DNA of 64,000 bases, from positions 124,001-188,000 of the IMG/VR virus record IMGVR_UViG_3300046507_000667. One strand, 5' to 3'. Below, in pieces: positions 39,452 to 49,317 of this stretch. The translations under genes and the position numbers were made by a program. How positions within the stretch are numbered: the first letter of the stretch is position 1; each line of letters starts with the position of its first letter. A model generated the notes under the pieces. That model worked only from the letters and a program-made list of their open reading frames with translations. It was not told the origin of the DNA and made no database searches.

Positions 39452-40795
39452 TTAAGAAGTACCGCCAACCTGAACAAGTGTTAGCATACGAAGTAGTGTG
39501 TTATTCGAGCCTGAAGCTTGCATTGCACGATAAACACGAGCTACTGTTTCACCATATAGAGTTAGAGGAATTTCTGACTCTTGAGCAACGACATCAGCTG
39601 CAGTATATGCAATGAGGTCTAGCTCATGGGTATAAGCATAACGGTTTGTGTTAAGACGGTTAGGAATAGTAATTAGATACTTATTACCTGTAGCAATACC
39701 AACTTGCTGATTTGAGTTAATAATTGCTGAAGAAATTGGGCTATCTAGGTTAGCACGGACGCTTGGTGTTGGAACTGAAACGTCATCTTCATTAACTACA
39801 AACTTGTATAGAGCAGCAATAGGCTTAGTAGTTGTTGATGCTTGGTTAAGATCTGATTGTGAAACAATTGTAAGAGCGCCAACAGCAGCAATTGTATCAT
39901 TAACAGCCTTTGTAACCATAGCTTGTACATTATCTTTATAATATACTTGCTGTACTGTAGCATTATTAACGTTAGTAGTACTATTAACGTTAGTTACTGT
40001 GCCAGTATAGGCTGTTTGAGCAGGATTAGCTGTCATGATTGGATTAACAATGCTTGTAATCGATGTTAGTGGCATCGATTGATTAAGCTTTGTTGCCCAA
40101 TTGCCGTTAAGCTGTGTAATTAGTGTATCAATTGTACCTTGCTCATAGATAGCATCGATACGATTGTTTGGTGCATATACACAGAATACTGGTGAATGTG
40201 AATCTGTAAGTGGAGCACCAGTCTTATTATCTACTGGAGATTGAACAGTAACCCATGAGAACTGTGGAGTTTTTTCTTGTGCATCACCCCATACCCATAG
40301 ATAGAAACCATGATCTGATAGACCGATTTGATATGACATCGGGTTACCAGTAAGATCGCTGTACTGTGACTTAGCACGTACAATGAACATGCTACCTGGA
40401 TCCATATCAACAGAAGCTGTTGAAGCATCATCCCATTTACGACCAAGCATACCGGCAATATTAGATGCACGGAAAGCGGCTGTACCGGGATATGAAGCTA
40501 CAGTACCAGTATTGCTAATCTGTGTTGGGTTAGCAATTGCTACGCGTACTGATTCGTTCTTTTGAACTTCAATGTAAATACGATACTTTTGCTTTGTATT
40601 TACAGGGTTAACTGCAGCAGTTGATTCTAGAACAGCAATAAAGCTACCATCAGTACCGGGAGAAATAGCTGTGCTTGGGAATACTTTTGTAAAGTATGCG
40701 GTTGTATCGCTTGTAAGATCATTAATGATGGCAAGCATCAGTGATGATAGTGTAGTAAGCGCTGAACCAGTCTTTACTTTAATCGTAGTTGCCAT
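39452..40795 (-). CDS. Virion structural protein, tail-associated
   Basis: 447 aa, own late promoter and downstream hairpin, tail-module context. Confidence 0.65.
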   Translation of the reverse strand: MATTIKVKTGSALTTLSSLMLAIINDLTSDTTAYFTKVFPSTAISPGTDGSFIAVLESTAAVNPVNTKQKYRIYIEVQKNESVRVAIANPTQISNTGTVASYPGTAAFRASNIAGMLGRKWDDASTASVDMDPGSMFIVRAKSQYSDLTGNPMSYQIGLSDHGFYLWVWGDAQEKTPQFSWVTVQSPVDNKTGAPLTDSHSPVFCVYAPNNRIDAIYEQGTIDTLITQLNGNWATKLNQSMPLTSITSIVNPIMTANPAQTAYTGTVTNVNSTTNVNNATVQQVYYKDNVQAMVTKAVNDTIAAVGALTIVSQSDLNQASTTTKPIAALYKFVVNEDDVSVPTPSVRANLDSPISSAIINSNQQVGIATGNKYLITIPNRLNTNRYAYTHELDLIAYTAADVVAQESEIPLTLYGETVARVYRAMQASGSNNTLLRMLTLVQVGGTS

Positions 40796-40844
40796 TATCT
40801 TTTTCCTAAATTAATTAAAGAATAAGCTTGTAAAAACATGCGTC

Positions 40845-40856
40845 TATATGAATGTT
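40845..40856 (-). promoter_or_regulatory. Late promoter AACA-N6-TA
   Basis: AACATTCATATA. Confidence 0.65.
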
Positions 40857-40863
40857 ACTTTAC

Positions 40864-42000
40864 TTATTGGATATTACGTACTGCTTGGATCGAAATGAAA
40901 AGATTTATAGCAGCAGTCATTCCAGTAGTATCATTACCCGGTACTTCAATGTTATCTGGTGCAGTAATATAGAAGTTATCATTGCGACCAAGGTTTACAT
41001 CAGTATCAAGATTTAATGTACCACTAGAACTATTTGCAGGAAATAAAATAGTTCCTACATGAGTAGTATTAACGAATACATCAAATGTAAGATCATAGTT
41101 AGCTGCAAGATCAAATGAAAATAAATGATTTGCTTCAGCTTTCAAAATTGTTGTAGCTTTACCAGCAATATAGCGAAGTACTCGTGCTCCATTTTTGATA
41201 TCACGATCTGAAAAGTCAGATGCAATTTCAATAGGAATATTCTTTAAATCGCCATAGAGCAGATTTACATCTGGACCAGTATATCCATTAACTGTCTGAA
41301 TACCTGATTTTGGTAATTGAATAGCTACAGGTGTAGCTGGTACACCATCTGCAGTAATAGATAAAAGGAGTTTATTCGTCGCATTATCAACTACTGCACT
41401 GATACCAATTTTAGGTACTTTATCAGCAAGCTTACTAAGATCAATTGTACTATATTGACCGGGATTAGTAGACTTTGAATATAATAGAGAGAATGTAGCT
41501 GGATCAAATTTAAGGTCATTAACTGAATCAGTTACTAAATCCTTAAATAATGGTGCAAAATCTACAGACTTAATACTCCCATCCATGTGAGTAAAGTCAA
41601 GACCTTTAACACCAGTTGCTGTAGAAAGAGCTACTTCTTTGAATGCACCAGCATATGGCTTAAGTGCATCATCAAGAGCTTTCTTAATAAGATCTGAAGC
41701 CTTATCTACAATTTCTTGGTCAACTAAATCTGGAAGCGTCTTCTGTACATCTTCAATGATCTGTGAAATATATTGAGTAAGCGCATCAGAAATAGCCTTA
41801 GCTACTTCGGCATCTACAATAGTATTTACAGTATCTTCAGTAATACCTAGAGTTTTAATCAGATCAATAACTTGACCCATATTTGTGGCATGTGTATCCA
41901 CAATTGCGTCTGGAACTACTGCAGGAGTTTTGAACTCTGCATCATAGAACTTTTGAGTCATTGCTGGCGGAGTATACTCAGGTGTAGTTGTATCTGCCAT
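40864..42000 (-). CDS. Virion/tail-associated protein
   Basis: 378 aa; VNGYTGPDVNL fibre-type motif. Confidence 0.6.
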   Translation of the reverse strand: MADTTTPEYTPPAMTQKFYDAEFKTPAVVPDAIVDTHATNMGQVIDLIKTLGITEDTVNTIVDAEVAKAISDALTQYISQIIEDVQKTLPDLVDQEIVDKASDLIKKALDDALKPYAGAFKEVALSTATGVKGLDFTHMDGSIKSVDFAPLFKDLVTDSVNDLKFDPATFSLLYSKSTNPGQYSTIDLSKLADKVPKIGISAVVDNATNKLLLSITADGVPATPVAIQLPKSGIQTVNGYTGPDVNLLYGDLKNIPIEIASDFSDRDIKNGARVLRYIAGKATTILKAEANHLFSFDLAANYDLTFDVFVNTTHVGTILFPANSSSGTLNLDTDVNLGRNDNFYITAPDNIEVPGNDTTGMTAAINLFISIQAVRNIQ

Positions 42001-42120
42001 TTTGGATCTCTTTATATAGTGAGTGTTAATGCTTTAGACTATATAAAGGTTATGATTTTGTACAAAAAATAAAAGAATAAATAAACGGCTTATCACCCTT
42101 TCGGATGATAAGCCAATTTA

Positions 42121-42672
42121 TTAGATACTATATTTACCCCAAATATTACCAATCCATTTTGATGTGATAGCATCCCATCTAATTTCAATGATTGTTGGAG
42201 AAGTATCAAGAGTAATTGAACCTGAAGCTAAATTTAGGTTATCGATACTAAAAGTAGTACCACCACTAGCAGTTAGACGAAGGAAATAACTTGTATTATA
42301 TCCTACTGGAACTGATCCAGTGATACTAAAAGTGATATCACCTGTTGCATTACATATAATTTCAGTACAATCAGTGAAATCTAAACTAACTGCACCAACT
42401 ACATCACCTAAATTAATTACCTTGCCAAAGCTAGTCTTTGAAGCAAGAGTACCATCTAATGATTGAGCACCACTTTTCCCTAGTTTAGCAGCCAAGTAAG
42501 TTTGTAAATCAGTAGGTGTTACATTTAACTGAATTACATTCTCACCTGTTTCGTCTAACGTATAAATTGCTTTATCTGCTAGATTGACCGCTAAAACTCC
42601 TTCAGATAAAGATCCTACAGCAGGAATTCTACCCGGAACAATAGATCTTAGGATTTTAACGGTTGCTGTCAT
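42121..42672 (-). CDS. Short fibre/connector protein
   Basis: LRSIVPGRIP..EGVLAVNLADKAIYT resembles the T4 gp36/gp37 N-terminal module. Confidence 0.65.
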   Translation of the reverse strand: MTATVKILRSIVPGRIPAVGSLSEGVLAVNLADKAIYTLDETGENVIQLNVTPTDLQTYLAAKLGKSGAQSLDGTLASKTSFGKVINLGDVVGAVSLDFTDCTEIICNATGDITFSITGSVPVGYNTSYFLRLTASGGTTFSIDNLNLASGSITLDTSPTIIEIRWDAITSKWIGNIWGKYSI

Positions 42673-43352
42673 TAGAATGTACCTGAATCAACTGTATCTA
42701 CAGAAAGATTACCTGTACCATCTACTGCTAAACCTGAACCTGAAGCAACTTTAACACCGCCTAGAGTTGTATCTGTAGCTGCTTGAAGTAATGGTGCAAC
42801 ACTATTATCAATGTAATCCCATTTTGTACCATCTGATACCAGCCAATCACCAATAGCCCATTTTGAATGGCCATCAATAGCTGTTGTACCAGCTACACCT
42901 ACAATGTAATATTGACCTTTATTATCAGCTGCTGCTGCTGGAATTGCAGGAGTATTTGTAGATGCATCCCAAGTTGTTTGATAAACAACGGCACCTACTA
43001 GTGATGCAGGAATCTGTGCTGAAGTAAGTTTACCAGAACCATCTAGTGTTGCAACTCCATTATTAGCACCTTTAGCACTATTAGGAATAACACTTGAAAG
43101 ATCAGCAGAAAGTACACCTGTACCTGAATCAATAATTAGATTTGCACCAACCTTAACCCCACCAAGAACTGTATCACTTGCTGTCGGTAAAGAATAAGCT
43201 GGATCAATACCAAGTCCAATTACATCACCATTGCTATCCTTAGTAAAGATTTTACCATCTGCTAAGTTAATTGCAATTTGACCTTCAGCAACTTCAGCTG
43301 CTGAAGGAATGCGGCCTGGAACACTAGTACGTAAATGTTGATAGACTGCCAT
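42672..43352 (-). CDS. Short fibre/connector protein
   Basis: LRTSVPGRIP..EGQIAINLADGKIFTK; LGGVKV fibre repeats; GVATLDGSGKL. Confidence 0.7.
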   Translation of the reverse strand: MAVYQHLRTSVPGRIPSAAEVAEGQIAINLADGKIFTKDSNGDVIGLGIDPAYSLPTASDTVLGGVKVGANLIIDSGTGVLSADLSSVIPNSAKGANNGVATLDGSGKLTSAQIPASLVGAVVYQTTWDASTNTPAIPAAAADNKGQYYIVGVAGTTAIDGHSKWAIGDWLVSDGTKWDYIDNSVAPLLQAATDTTLGGVKVASGSGLAVDGTGNLSVDTVDSGTF

Positions 43353-43445
43353 TTTAATTTTCCTTAAGAAAGAAAAATGCGGAATCCACTATGAACTCCG
43401 CATACATCCCCATACGAAAAAAGTAAAGAGATACTATCTTAAGGT

Positions 43446-44699
43446 TTAATTAATCTTACCATAGATTGATACAATTCTTCCTACAGAATCATTAGATAGA
43501 CCAAACCATGCTCCGGAACTGATATTCGAAAAGACTGGATCGTTACGAACATCAGTAAAATTAATACTCTGCTTAGAGCCTGCAGAACTATCATTGAATT
43601 GCTGAGTAGTTAATAGACCGACTGAAGTAGCTCCATTAGCAATAACCATACGATCAAATGTGATTCTATATGAAAGATCCATATTAAAATCAAATTGAAC
43701 AGAGGTAGCCACAGTACTTTCTTCAGATGCATCTGGTTGTACTTGATCTTTAGATACAAGAGTAAATAGATTCAGGTTACTAATAGATGCAATAGCTGGA
43801 TGTTTAAATAGAGTTCTTGCTGAAACTCCAGGAGTTCTACCAATTGCAGTACCTGATAGATAATACTCGGTAGTATCGCCCTTATTTGTGTCAGGTAAAG
43901 TATCCATTAGATCAGTCTTTGTATTTGGTACAAATAACTGAAGAATTAGATCAGTATCATCAATTGGAGGCAAATGTGATACGGAAGAGCTTGCAATATT
44001 GCCAATAATAGCTACTCGTACTTTTACTTGAGCACTAGTACTATAAGTAACCTTTGCAAACTTCTGACTATCTAATTCAATTTTAAACGGAACTTGAATT
44101 GGTTCACCAGTATCAATATCAAAAAAGTAAGCTGTTGGCCAAGCCAAGAATTGCATTGAGAAGGAAGTACTTCTTACTCCATCCAAAGCTTCAGTTTCTT
44201 CAAAGATATCATTAAATGTAAATGGAACAGCATCTGACTTTGATACTAGATACCTACCAAGCCTATTTAAATAGGTTACTGCATCATTGGTTTCATCTAG
44301 ATCAGATTTAGTCTTATCTGCTTCTGCCTTTACATCATCAATTTGCCCTTGAAGATTTGCACCAACTCTACCAGCTAAATCATCAATTTCTCGTTGAATG
44401 GTATCAAGTCTATTAAGAATATCTACAATTGATTGATTTGTAGTATCCGAGCTACCTTGCCATTCAGCTAATGCATCTTGAATTTGCTTTAAATTAACTT
44501 TCTCTTGATCTGTAAGATACTTGATAATCTTTGCATATGATGGAACTAGGCCATTGTCAGTAGCAACGTCTGTATTCTCATCGCCATTAGCAACTTGCTT
44601 TAGAATATTTACTGCTTGATTGCCTTTAGAGACAATCGCTTTAATTTGTACTGCATAGTCAATTAGACTAACGATATCGGTACCGTCACCTGTAGCCAT
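43446..44699 (-). CDS. Fibre/baseplate-attached protein
   Basis: NGDENT..GLVPSY module plus coiled coil. Confidence 0.65.
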   Translation of the reverse strand: MATGDGTDIVSLIDYAVQIKAIVSKGNQAVNILKQVANGDENTDVATDNGLVPSYAKIIKYLTDQEKVNLKQIQDALAEWQGSSDTTNQSIVDILNRLDTIQREIDDLAGRVGANLQGQIDDVKAEADKTKSDLDETNDAVTYLNRLGRYLVSKSDAVPFTFNDIFEETEALDGVRSTSFSMQFLAWPTAYFFDIDTGEPIQVPFKIELDSQKFAKVTYSTSAQVKVRVAIIGNIASSSVSHLPPIDDTDLILQLFVPNTKTDLMDTLPDTNKGDTTEYYLSGTAIGRTPGVSARTLFKHPAIASISNLNLFTLVSKDQVQPDASEESTVATSVQFDFNMDLSYRITFDRMVIANGATSVGLLTTQQFNDSSAGSKQSINFTDVRNDPVFSNISSGAWFGLSNDSVGRIVSIYGKIN

Positions 44700-44709
44700 G
44701 ATTTACCCT

Positions 44710-45444
44710 TTAACTTTTTGGAAGATAGTTATAGAATGCACCTGTACCTTCAGGTAAAGTTACATTCGCAAGATTATACAGTTCATCAGTCCATTCCTCA
44801 GTGAAGTCAAAGATAGCAGCATAAATATCCTTGAATACTGGAGTCCAATTCATTGTAAAGTCATGATACATCGTTACATTAGCAAAGATGTATAGACGAT
44901 CCATACCTGAAGTATCCAGAGTGACATTACTCCAGCTTGAGCTTGGACGTAATGTATCGAATAGTGAGGTAGCTGACCAAGAATCATACTTATAGTCAAA
45001 GGAATCTCTGTCTGTAATAGTACGAGTTCTCTGATATGACAATGAAATGAATTTTTGAATCTTAGCTAAATCTTTAGCTGGAATGTACTTGATATTACTT
45101 AAATTAAACTGTGTAACTGAATAAATCTTATTACAGATCATAAGGATATACCATAGATCTGCATTATTATAGAGTCGTAGAGCTACCAATTCTGGACGAT
45201 ACATTTCTGAAGGATCAACATCAATTGTGTCAATGTATGGCTCAAAATAAAAGAACATATCCTTCAATGTGCATACAGGTTCCTGAATAGTATACTCATC
45301 TTTTTCAAATTCCACTAACACCCTATCAGAAAGATTATATAGCTGTAGCGGATTTGTTTTAGCATTATTAATTGATTCTGTAAACGTAGCATACGCAGAA
45401 GAATCATATTTAGCAAATGAAACATCTGTATTTAAGCTAGCCAT
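44710..45444 (-). CDS. Baseplate wedge protein, T4 gp53/LysM-like
   Basis: YRPELVALRLYNNADLWYILMICN motif. Confidence 0.7.
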   Translation of the reverse strand: MASLNTDVSFAKYDSSAYATFTESINNAKTNPLQLYNLSDRVLVEFEKDEYTIQEPVCTLKDMFFYFEPYIDTIDVDPSEMYRPELVALRLYNNADLWYILMICNKIYSVTQFNLSNIKYIPAKDLAKIQKFISLSYQRTRTITDRDSFDYKYDSWSATSLFDTLRPSSSWSNVTLDTSGMDRLYIFANVTMYHDFTMNWTPVFKDIYAAIFDFTEEWTDELYNLANVTLPEGTGAFYNYLPKS

Positions 45445-45489
45445 ATATACCTTCTTATAGATGCCATAAATTTAAAAAAAAGAATCGGT

Positions 45490-45523
45490 AAAAAAAAAAA
45501 GATCCCTCCTGCAGAGAGGGATC
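45490..45523 (-). terminator. Intrinsic terminator
   Basis: GATCCCTC-7nt-GAGGGATC followed by T11 on minus strand. Confidence 0.8.
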
Positions 45524-45664
45524 GAAAAATTCCGCGCTCGGATTAGCTCACAAGTCTGGAATTAAGGAAAACTAGCACAAAGCACTTATCTATATTGCGA
45601 GATATAGATGAGTACTTTATGAGTAACAACCTATAAGGAATATTGCTATTCTCTATAGGTTGTC
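45490..45664 (-). ncRNA. Candidate ~175-nt early small RNA
   Basis: Early promoter, two long hairpins, a UUUUCCUUAAUU single-stranded segment, terminator with U11; no ORF with RBS. Confidence 0.6.
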
Positions 45665-45679
45665 ATGAAAATAATATAT
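45664..45679 (-). promoter_or_regulatory. Early promoter ATATATTAT-N5-TG
   Basis: ATATATTAT tttca TG. Confidence 0.7.
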
Positions 45680-45702
45680 ACCTACCGGGCTATTTGTTAC
45701 GG

Positions 45703-46308
45703 TTATACACAGAACTTCTTTAATTGCTGTTTGAATGCCACTGGATCGAAATAAGTACGTTGTTTATACTTATATGGATAATCATAATTTAAATAATCAT
45801 CGATAAGTTTTTGACTATAACGCTTATAGTCAAAAATATCTTCCAGCCAATGTACACAGTCAATATAAGTGCCCATTCTTAATGTTTGTAATAATGGTGC
45901 AATGACTCTAGAAGCAAGAACACTATACATACGTTCATCTGGAATTCTTAACGAAAAGTCATCCTGAATAGCAATTACAATTGCATCTTGATAGAAAGAG
46001 TCAATATAAAAATTATCAATTAGACTACCAAGCCAAGGACTTCTATAGTTAAGCGGCGCTGCATTAAAAACTTCCCAATCATTCTGAATTTCATTTACAT
46101 AAAAATGAAATGGTACTTGATGAAGCTCTTGATTCTCCCTAAAGTAGTTAAATACTCTACGATAAGCATAATATGGTACATATCCTTCTAACTCTGGAGT
46201 TAGTGGATTAGTACGCAGAGAAAAATTACTAACCTGCGTTATAATAATATGCTTATTCACTCTACGTTTCTCAATTGAACGTAATGGATATAGTTTTGAT
46301 GGACCCAT
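45703..46308 (-). CDS. Hypothetical late protein (possibly degenerate amidase fold)
   Basis: Start moved to ATG 46308 because a late promoter lies at 46338-46349; HIIIT..VPFHFYV is only a weak amidase-like pattern. Confidence 0.55.
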   Translation of the reverse strand: MGPSKLYPLRSIEKRRVNKHIIITQVSNFSLRTNPLTPELEGYVPYYAYRRVFNYFRENQELHQVPFHFYVNEIQNDWEVFNAAPLNYRSPWLGSLIDNFYIDSFYQDAIVIAIQDDFSLRIPDERMYSVLASRVIAPLLQTLRMGTYIDCVHWLEDIFDYKRYSQKLIDDYLNYDYPYKYKQRTYFDPVAFKQQLKKFCV

Positions 46309-46337
46309 GAAATTTCTTTGAAGTTTGAGTGGAATAA

Positions 46338-46349
46338 TATCTATTTGTT
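46338..46349 (-). promoter_or_regulatory. Late promoter AACA-N6-TA
   Basis: AACAAATAGATA. Confidence 0.6.
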
Positions 46350-46362
46350 GAAAAGAATGCAA

Positions 46363-46374
46363 AACATGAAATTA
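46363..46374 (+). promoter_or_regulatory. Late promoter AACA-N6-TA
   Basis: AACATGAAATTA, divergent partner. Confidence 0.6.
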
Positions 46375-46400
46375 ATTAAAACTGATTAGGAAAGTATTAC

Positions 46401-47285
46401 ATGTTTTTATATCTTTCAGCTATATTACTCTTCTTATCAGGAGGATTGATTACACTTGTATCGATATTTTTCTCGATTCATGGTTTTCTTTCATTTGTAC
46501 CTGATCCGAATCTTTATTATGGTATTCTTGGTTTGGGTATTGGTTTTGAGATTGCAAAAGTAACAGTCTCTACATTCCTTTTCCATGCTTGGAATGATAA
46601 GGGATTTCCTTGGTTTATTAAAAGTTATATGCTGGTAGCTGTAGTATCACTCATTGCGTTTAGTAGTATTTTTACATTCGTTCACTTGAATTCTTCGATA
46701 TCAGGTGTAAGCGCAGATACTACATTGAATGATACTAAAGTTACACAACTACAGGAAAGAAATAAGACTATTCAAGCAGAAATTGATTCTCTTAATCAAC
46801 AGGTAGCAGCTATTCCTAGTAATATGAATAGTGCTAGAATGCGATTAATGGATAAGATTACTCCTAGAAAAGATAAACTTTCTAAAGAATTGGAAGACAA
46901 TAGTAAAACTATCTCTGAAGTACAGGTTCAAACTGTAAAAGACGATAAATTTGTATTCTTAACTAGTATCAGCAATATGACTGGTATGAGTCGAGAAAGT
47001 ATCGTTGTCAAGGTAATTTTATTTATTGTACTATCAATTGATCCTTTAGCAATCAGTCTTTTTCTTGCAGCGTCATTTATTCTATCTAAGCTTAAGCCTA
47101 AAATAGAAGAAATAAAGCCTATTGAGAAGATTGTATCAGAAGTAATTACTCCAATTAAAGAACCAGAGCCTATTATTGATCCAATAGTAGAAACTCTACC
47201 AGTACAAGAATTTGAAGAAGAACTTCCAATTGAGAAGCCTTTGAATAGTCGAATGGTGAAAATGATCAAAAAACAGAAAGATTAA
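46401..47285 (+). CDS. Membrane protein: three TMs, coiled coil, C-terminal TM
   Basis: GFEIAK and IVLSIDPLAI motifs; AGGA RBS. Confidence 0.7.
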   Translation: MFLYLSAILLFLSGGLITLVSIFFSIHGFLSFVPDPNLYYGILGLGIGFEIAKVTVSTFLFHAWNDKGFPWFIKSYMLVAVVSLIAFSSIFTFVHLNSSISGVSADTTLNDTKVTQLQERNKTIQAEIDSLNQQVAAIPSNMNSARMRLMDKITPRKDKLSKELEDNSKTISEVQVQTVKDDKFVFLTSISNMTGMSRESIVVKVILFIVLSIDPLAISLFLAASFILSKLKPKIEEIKPIEKIVSEVITPIKEPEPIIDPIVETLPVQEFEEELPIEKPLNSRMVKMIKKQKD

Positions 47286-47291
47286 AAGACT

Positions 47292-47319
47292 CCCTATACC
47301 CTCGAAAGAAGGTATAGGG
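47292..47319. terminator. CCC(T/C)ATAC-family hairpin, bidirectional
   Basis: Between convergent genes. Confidence 0.75.
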
Positions 47320-47324
47320 TTTCT

Positions 47325-47735
47325 TTATAATTCAAGATTAGTACGAATGCTATAAAATCCACTAGCAATATAACGTTTCCATAAGTTTTCTAAAAACTTT
47401 TCAAATTCTTCCACGTTACCAGTATCTGGTAATTTTGTAATTTTCTCCATTACTTCATAACCAAAAGCAATACTAGATCTATTCCTTCGTAGGTCTAATT
47501 CAATAGATCTATCGCCATATCTAAATATGATATGATGTACTTCCGCTACATTACCACCATTATGTCTATTGTATATAAATTCAATCTTTTGAGGAATTCC
47601 TAAAAGACTAGTGTATGCTCTAAGTTCTTTAAACTTCAGCGATTTCGTTATTGGTGGTACAGTTGTAGAGGATTTCAAATCCTTTTGTTCCTTGTAAATA
47701 GGAAACATCGGAGAAATCTCGAAGGAATTGCTCAT
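47325..47735 (-). CDS. Hypothetical protein, triplet paralog 3 (start uncertain)
   Basis: Shares pattern with the two upstream ORFs; overlaps 47629-48003. Confidence 0.5.
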   Translation of the reverse strand: MSNSFEISPMFPIYKEQKDLKSSTTVPPITKSLKFKELRAYTSLLGIPQKIEFIYNRHNGGNVAEVHHIIFRYGDRSIELDLRRNRSSIAFGYEVMEKITKLPDTGNVEEFEKFLENLWKRYIASGFYSIRTNLEL

Positions 47736-48003
47736 AATCGTGTTGTACCTTAGGCATCCAAGTAGTTTCTTCTGAAAAGACAATCTCAGTATACATATTA
47801 TCACCATAGCAAAATCTTACAGCTGCTATAGATATAATATCTCCCATATGTCTAATATCTCTTTTACCATGAATAAAATCTATGGATTCAGGCGGCATTA
47901 ATATTAGATAATTAAGTAACTGAGCTATCTCAGGATCTAATGGCATGCTTACATCTCCATCAAAATCTATACCTAAAAGATAACCACCACTAGCAGTCAT
48001 CAT
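47629..48003 (-). CDS. Hypothetical protein, triplet paralog 2
   Basis: 124 aa. Confidence 0.6.
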   Translation of the reverse strand: MMTASGGYLLGIDFDGDVSMPLDPEIAQLLNYLILMPPESIDFIHGKRDIRHMGDIISIAAVRFCYGDNMYTEIVFSEETTWMPKVQHDYEQFLRDFSDVSYLQGTKGFEILYNCTTNNEIAEV

Positions 48004-48006
48004 TAC

Positions 48007-48306
48007 TTAGACTAACCCATTGAACATAATGGTTCCAGAAATATTATCAAATTCTAAATATTGGTCTATACTTAGTAGAAATTTAACAAGATCGTCTTCA
48101 CTCTCATATCTAGCAAATGGTCTACCTGTAAAATGAATCAAGATATATTCTTCACCATAATACAATCTAATCATGGTAAGAAATCGTTCGCCTTTAACAC
48201 TAACAGAATTTTTATGGTCTTTATCTACGGATTCTCTAACTTCAGTAGGAGGACAGAGCTTTACAAAATTGATGAGTTTTTGAATATCTTTTCTTTCAAT
48301 AGACAT
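48007..48306 (-). CDS. Hypothetical protein, triplet paralog 1
   Basis: 99 aa. Confidence 0.6.
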   Translation of the reverse strand: MSIERKDIQKLINFVKLCPPTEVRESVDKDHKNSVSVKGERFLTMIRLYYGEEYILIHFTGRPFARYESEDDLVKFLLSIDQYLEFDNISGTIMFNGLV

Positions 48307-48313
48307 AGATTAA

Positions 48314-48340
48314 TCCCCATACCTTATTAGGGTATGGGGA
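48314..48340. terminator. CCC(T/C)ATAC-family hairpin
   Basis: TCCCCATACC/GGTATGGGGA after the dnaB stop. Confidence 0.7.
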
Positions 48341-48346
48341 ATTTAA

Positions 48347-49317
48347 TTATTCTTCTTCGCCGATTTCATCAGCTAGATTAATAGTCTTTACTCGGTTACG
48401 TGGTGCTGCAGATGGTTTCTTTTTAATTCCACCACCATTAATATAACCCTGTGAATCTTCATTCAATTCATCTTCTTCATCCTGATCTTCCATCACGAAT
48501 GAGCCAAGGGTATCAGCAATCTTATCTACAGATGCTGACTCTTTTAATTCATAATCTTCAACTAGACGCATACCATTATCAGGCTCAAATGGATGTGCAA
48601 AATAACCCGCTGTAATACGAGTTTGATTCTTATCTGCACGATTCTTTAAGTCTTTAAAAGTAAGCCACATACTCTTTGTACTTACAGCATATTCCCGATT
48701 AATACCGGCAACAAAGTCTGCATTTTCAAGAAGCATATTGGATTCAGAAATCATAGCTTGAGTAATTTTATTACCCACGTCCATTTTCTTTTTACCGTCT
48801 GCTGATGTCTCTTCAAGAACACGATAAGCTTCACGGTTAAGCTGATTAGCTGTAATCACTGGAATCTTACGTGCTTTCGAAAGAGTACTAAATTCATTAA
48901 TAGCTTCACCAATATCAATACGTAGATCACCTGTAGGAAAATCTGGCTTAATACGTTTAATATAGTCATGAATAATAATCTTTACTTCTACATTTTCTTC
49001 AGATTCAACTTCATTGATAATACCTTCAATATCACCAGTGGAAATTGAATTCTTTGGACGGTATTTAATCTGTAAGTCCCAACGTCCATCCCGTAGCTTT
49101 TCCCTTACCATATTGGCAAGGATTTCATTAGTACCTAGTGCTTTACCATCATCATTCAGCCCTTTAACATATGAAATGGTACGTTCAAGGGTTTCATGAT
49201 TATCATTTTCTTGTGATAGATATAAAACACAGGGTCTTTTTGATCTATCATTGCATACAATATCATCATTATATTTACAAGCCCAAAATGCTACATTAAG
49301 CAATAGGCCGGATTTCC
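48347..49317 (-). CDS. dnaB: DnaB-like replicative helicase, exon 2
   Basis: LYLSQEN, IIHDY, ITANQLNR, ISES and KNR motifs; spliced product 565 aa. Confidence 0.88.

Noticed and set aside
40835-40846. Antisense late promoter AACATGCGTCTA on the plus strand
   Set aside because: No downstream plus-strand gene, and the motif is short enough to occur by chance.
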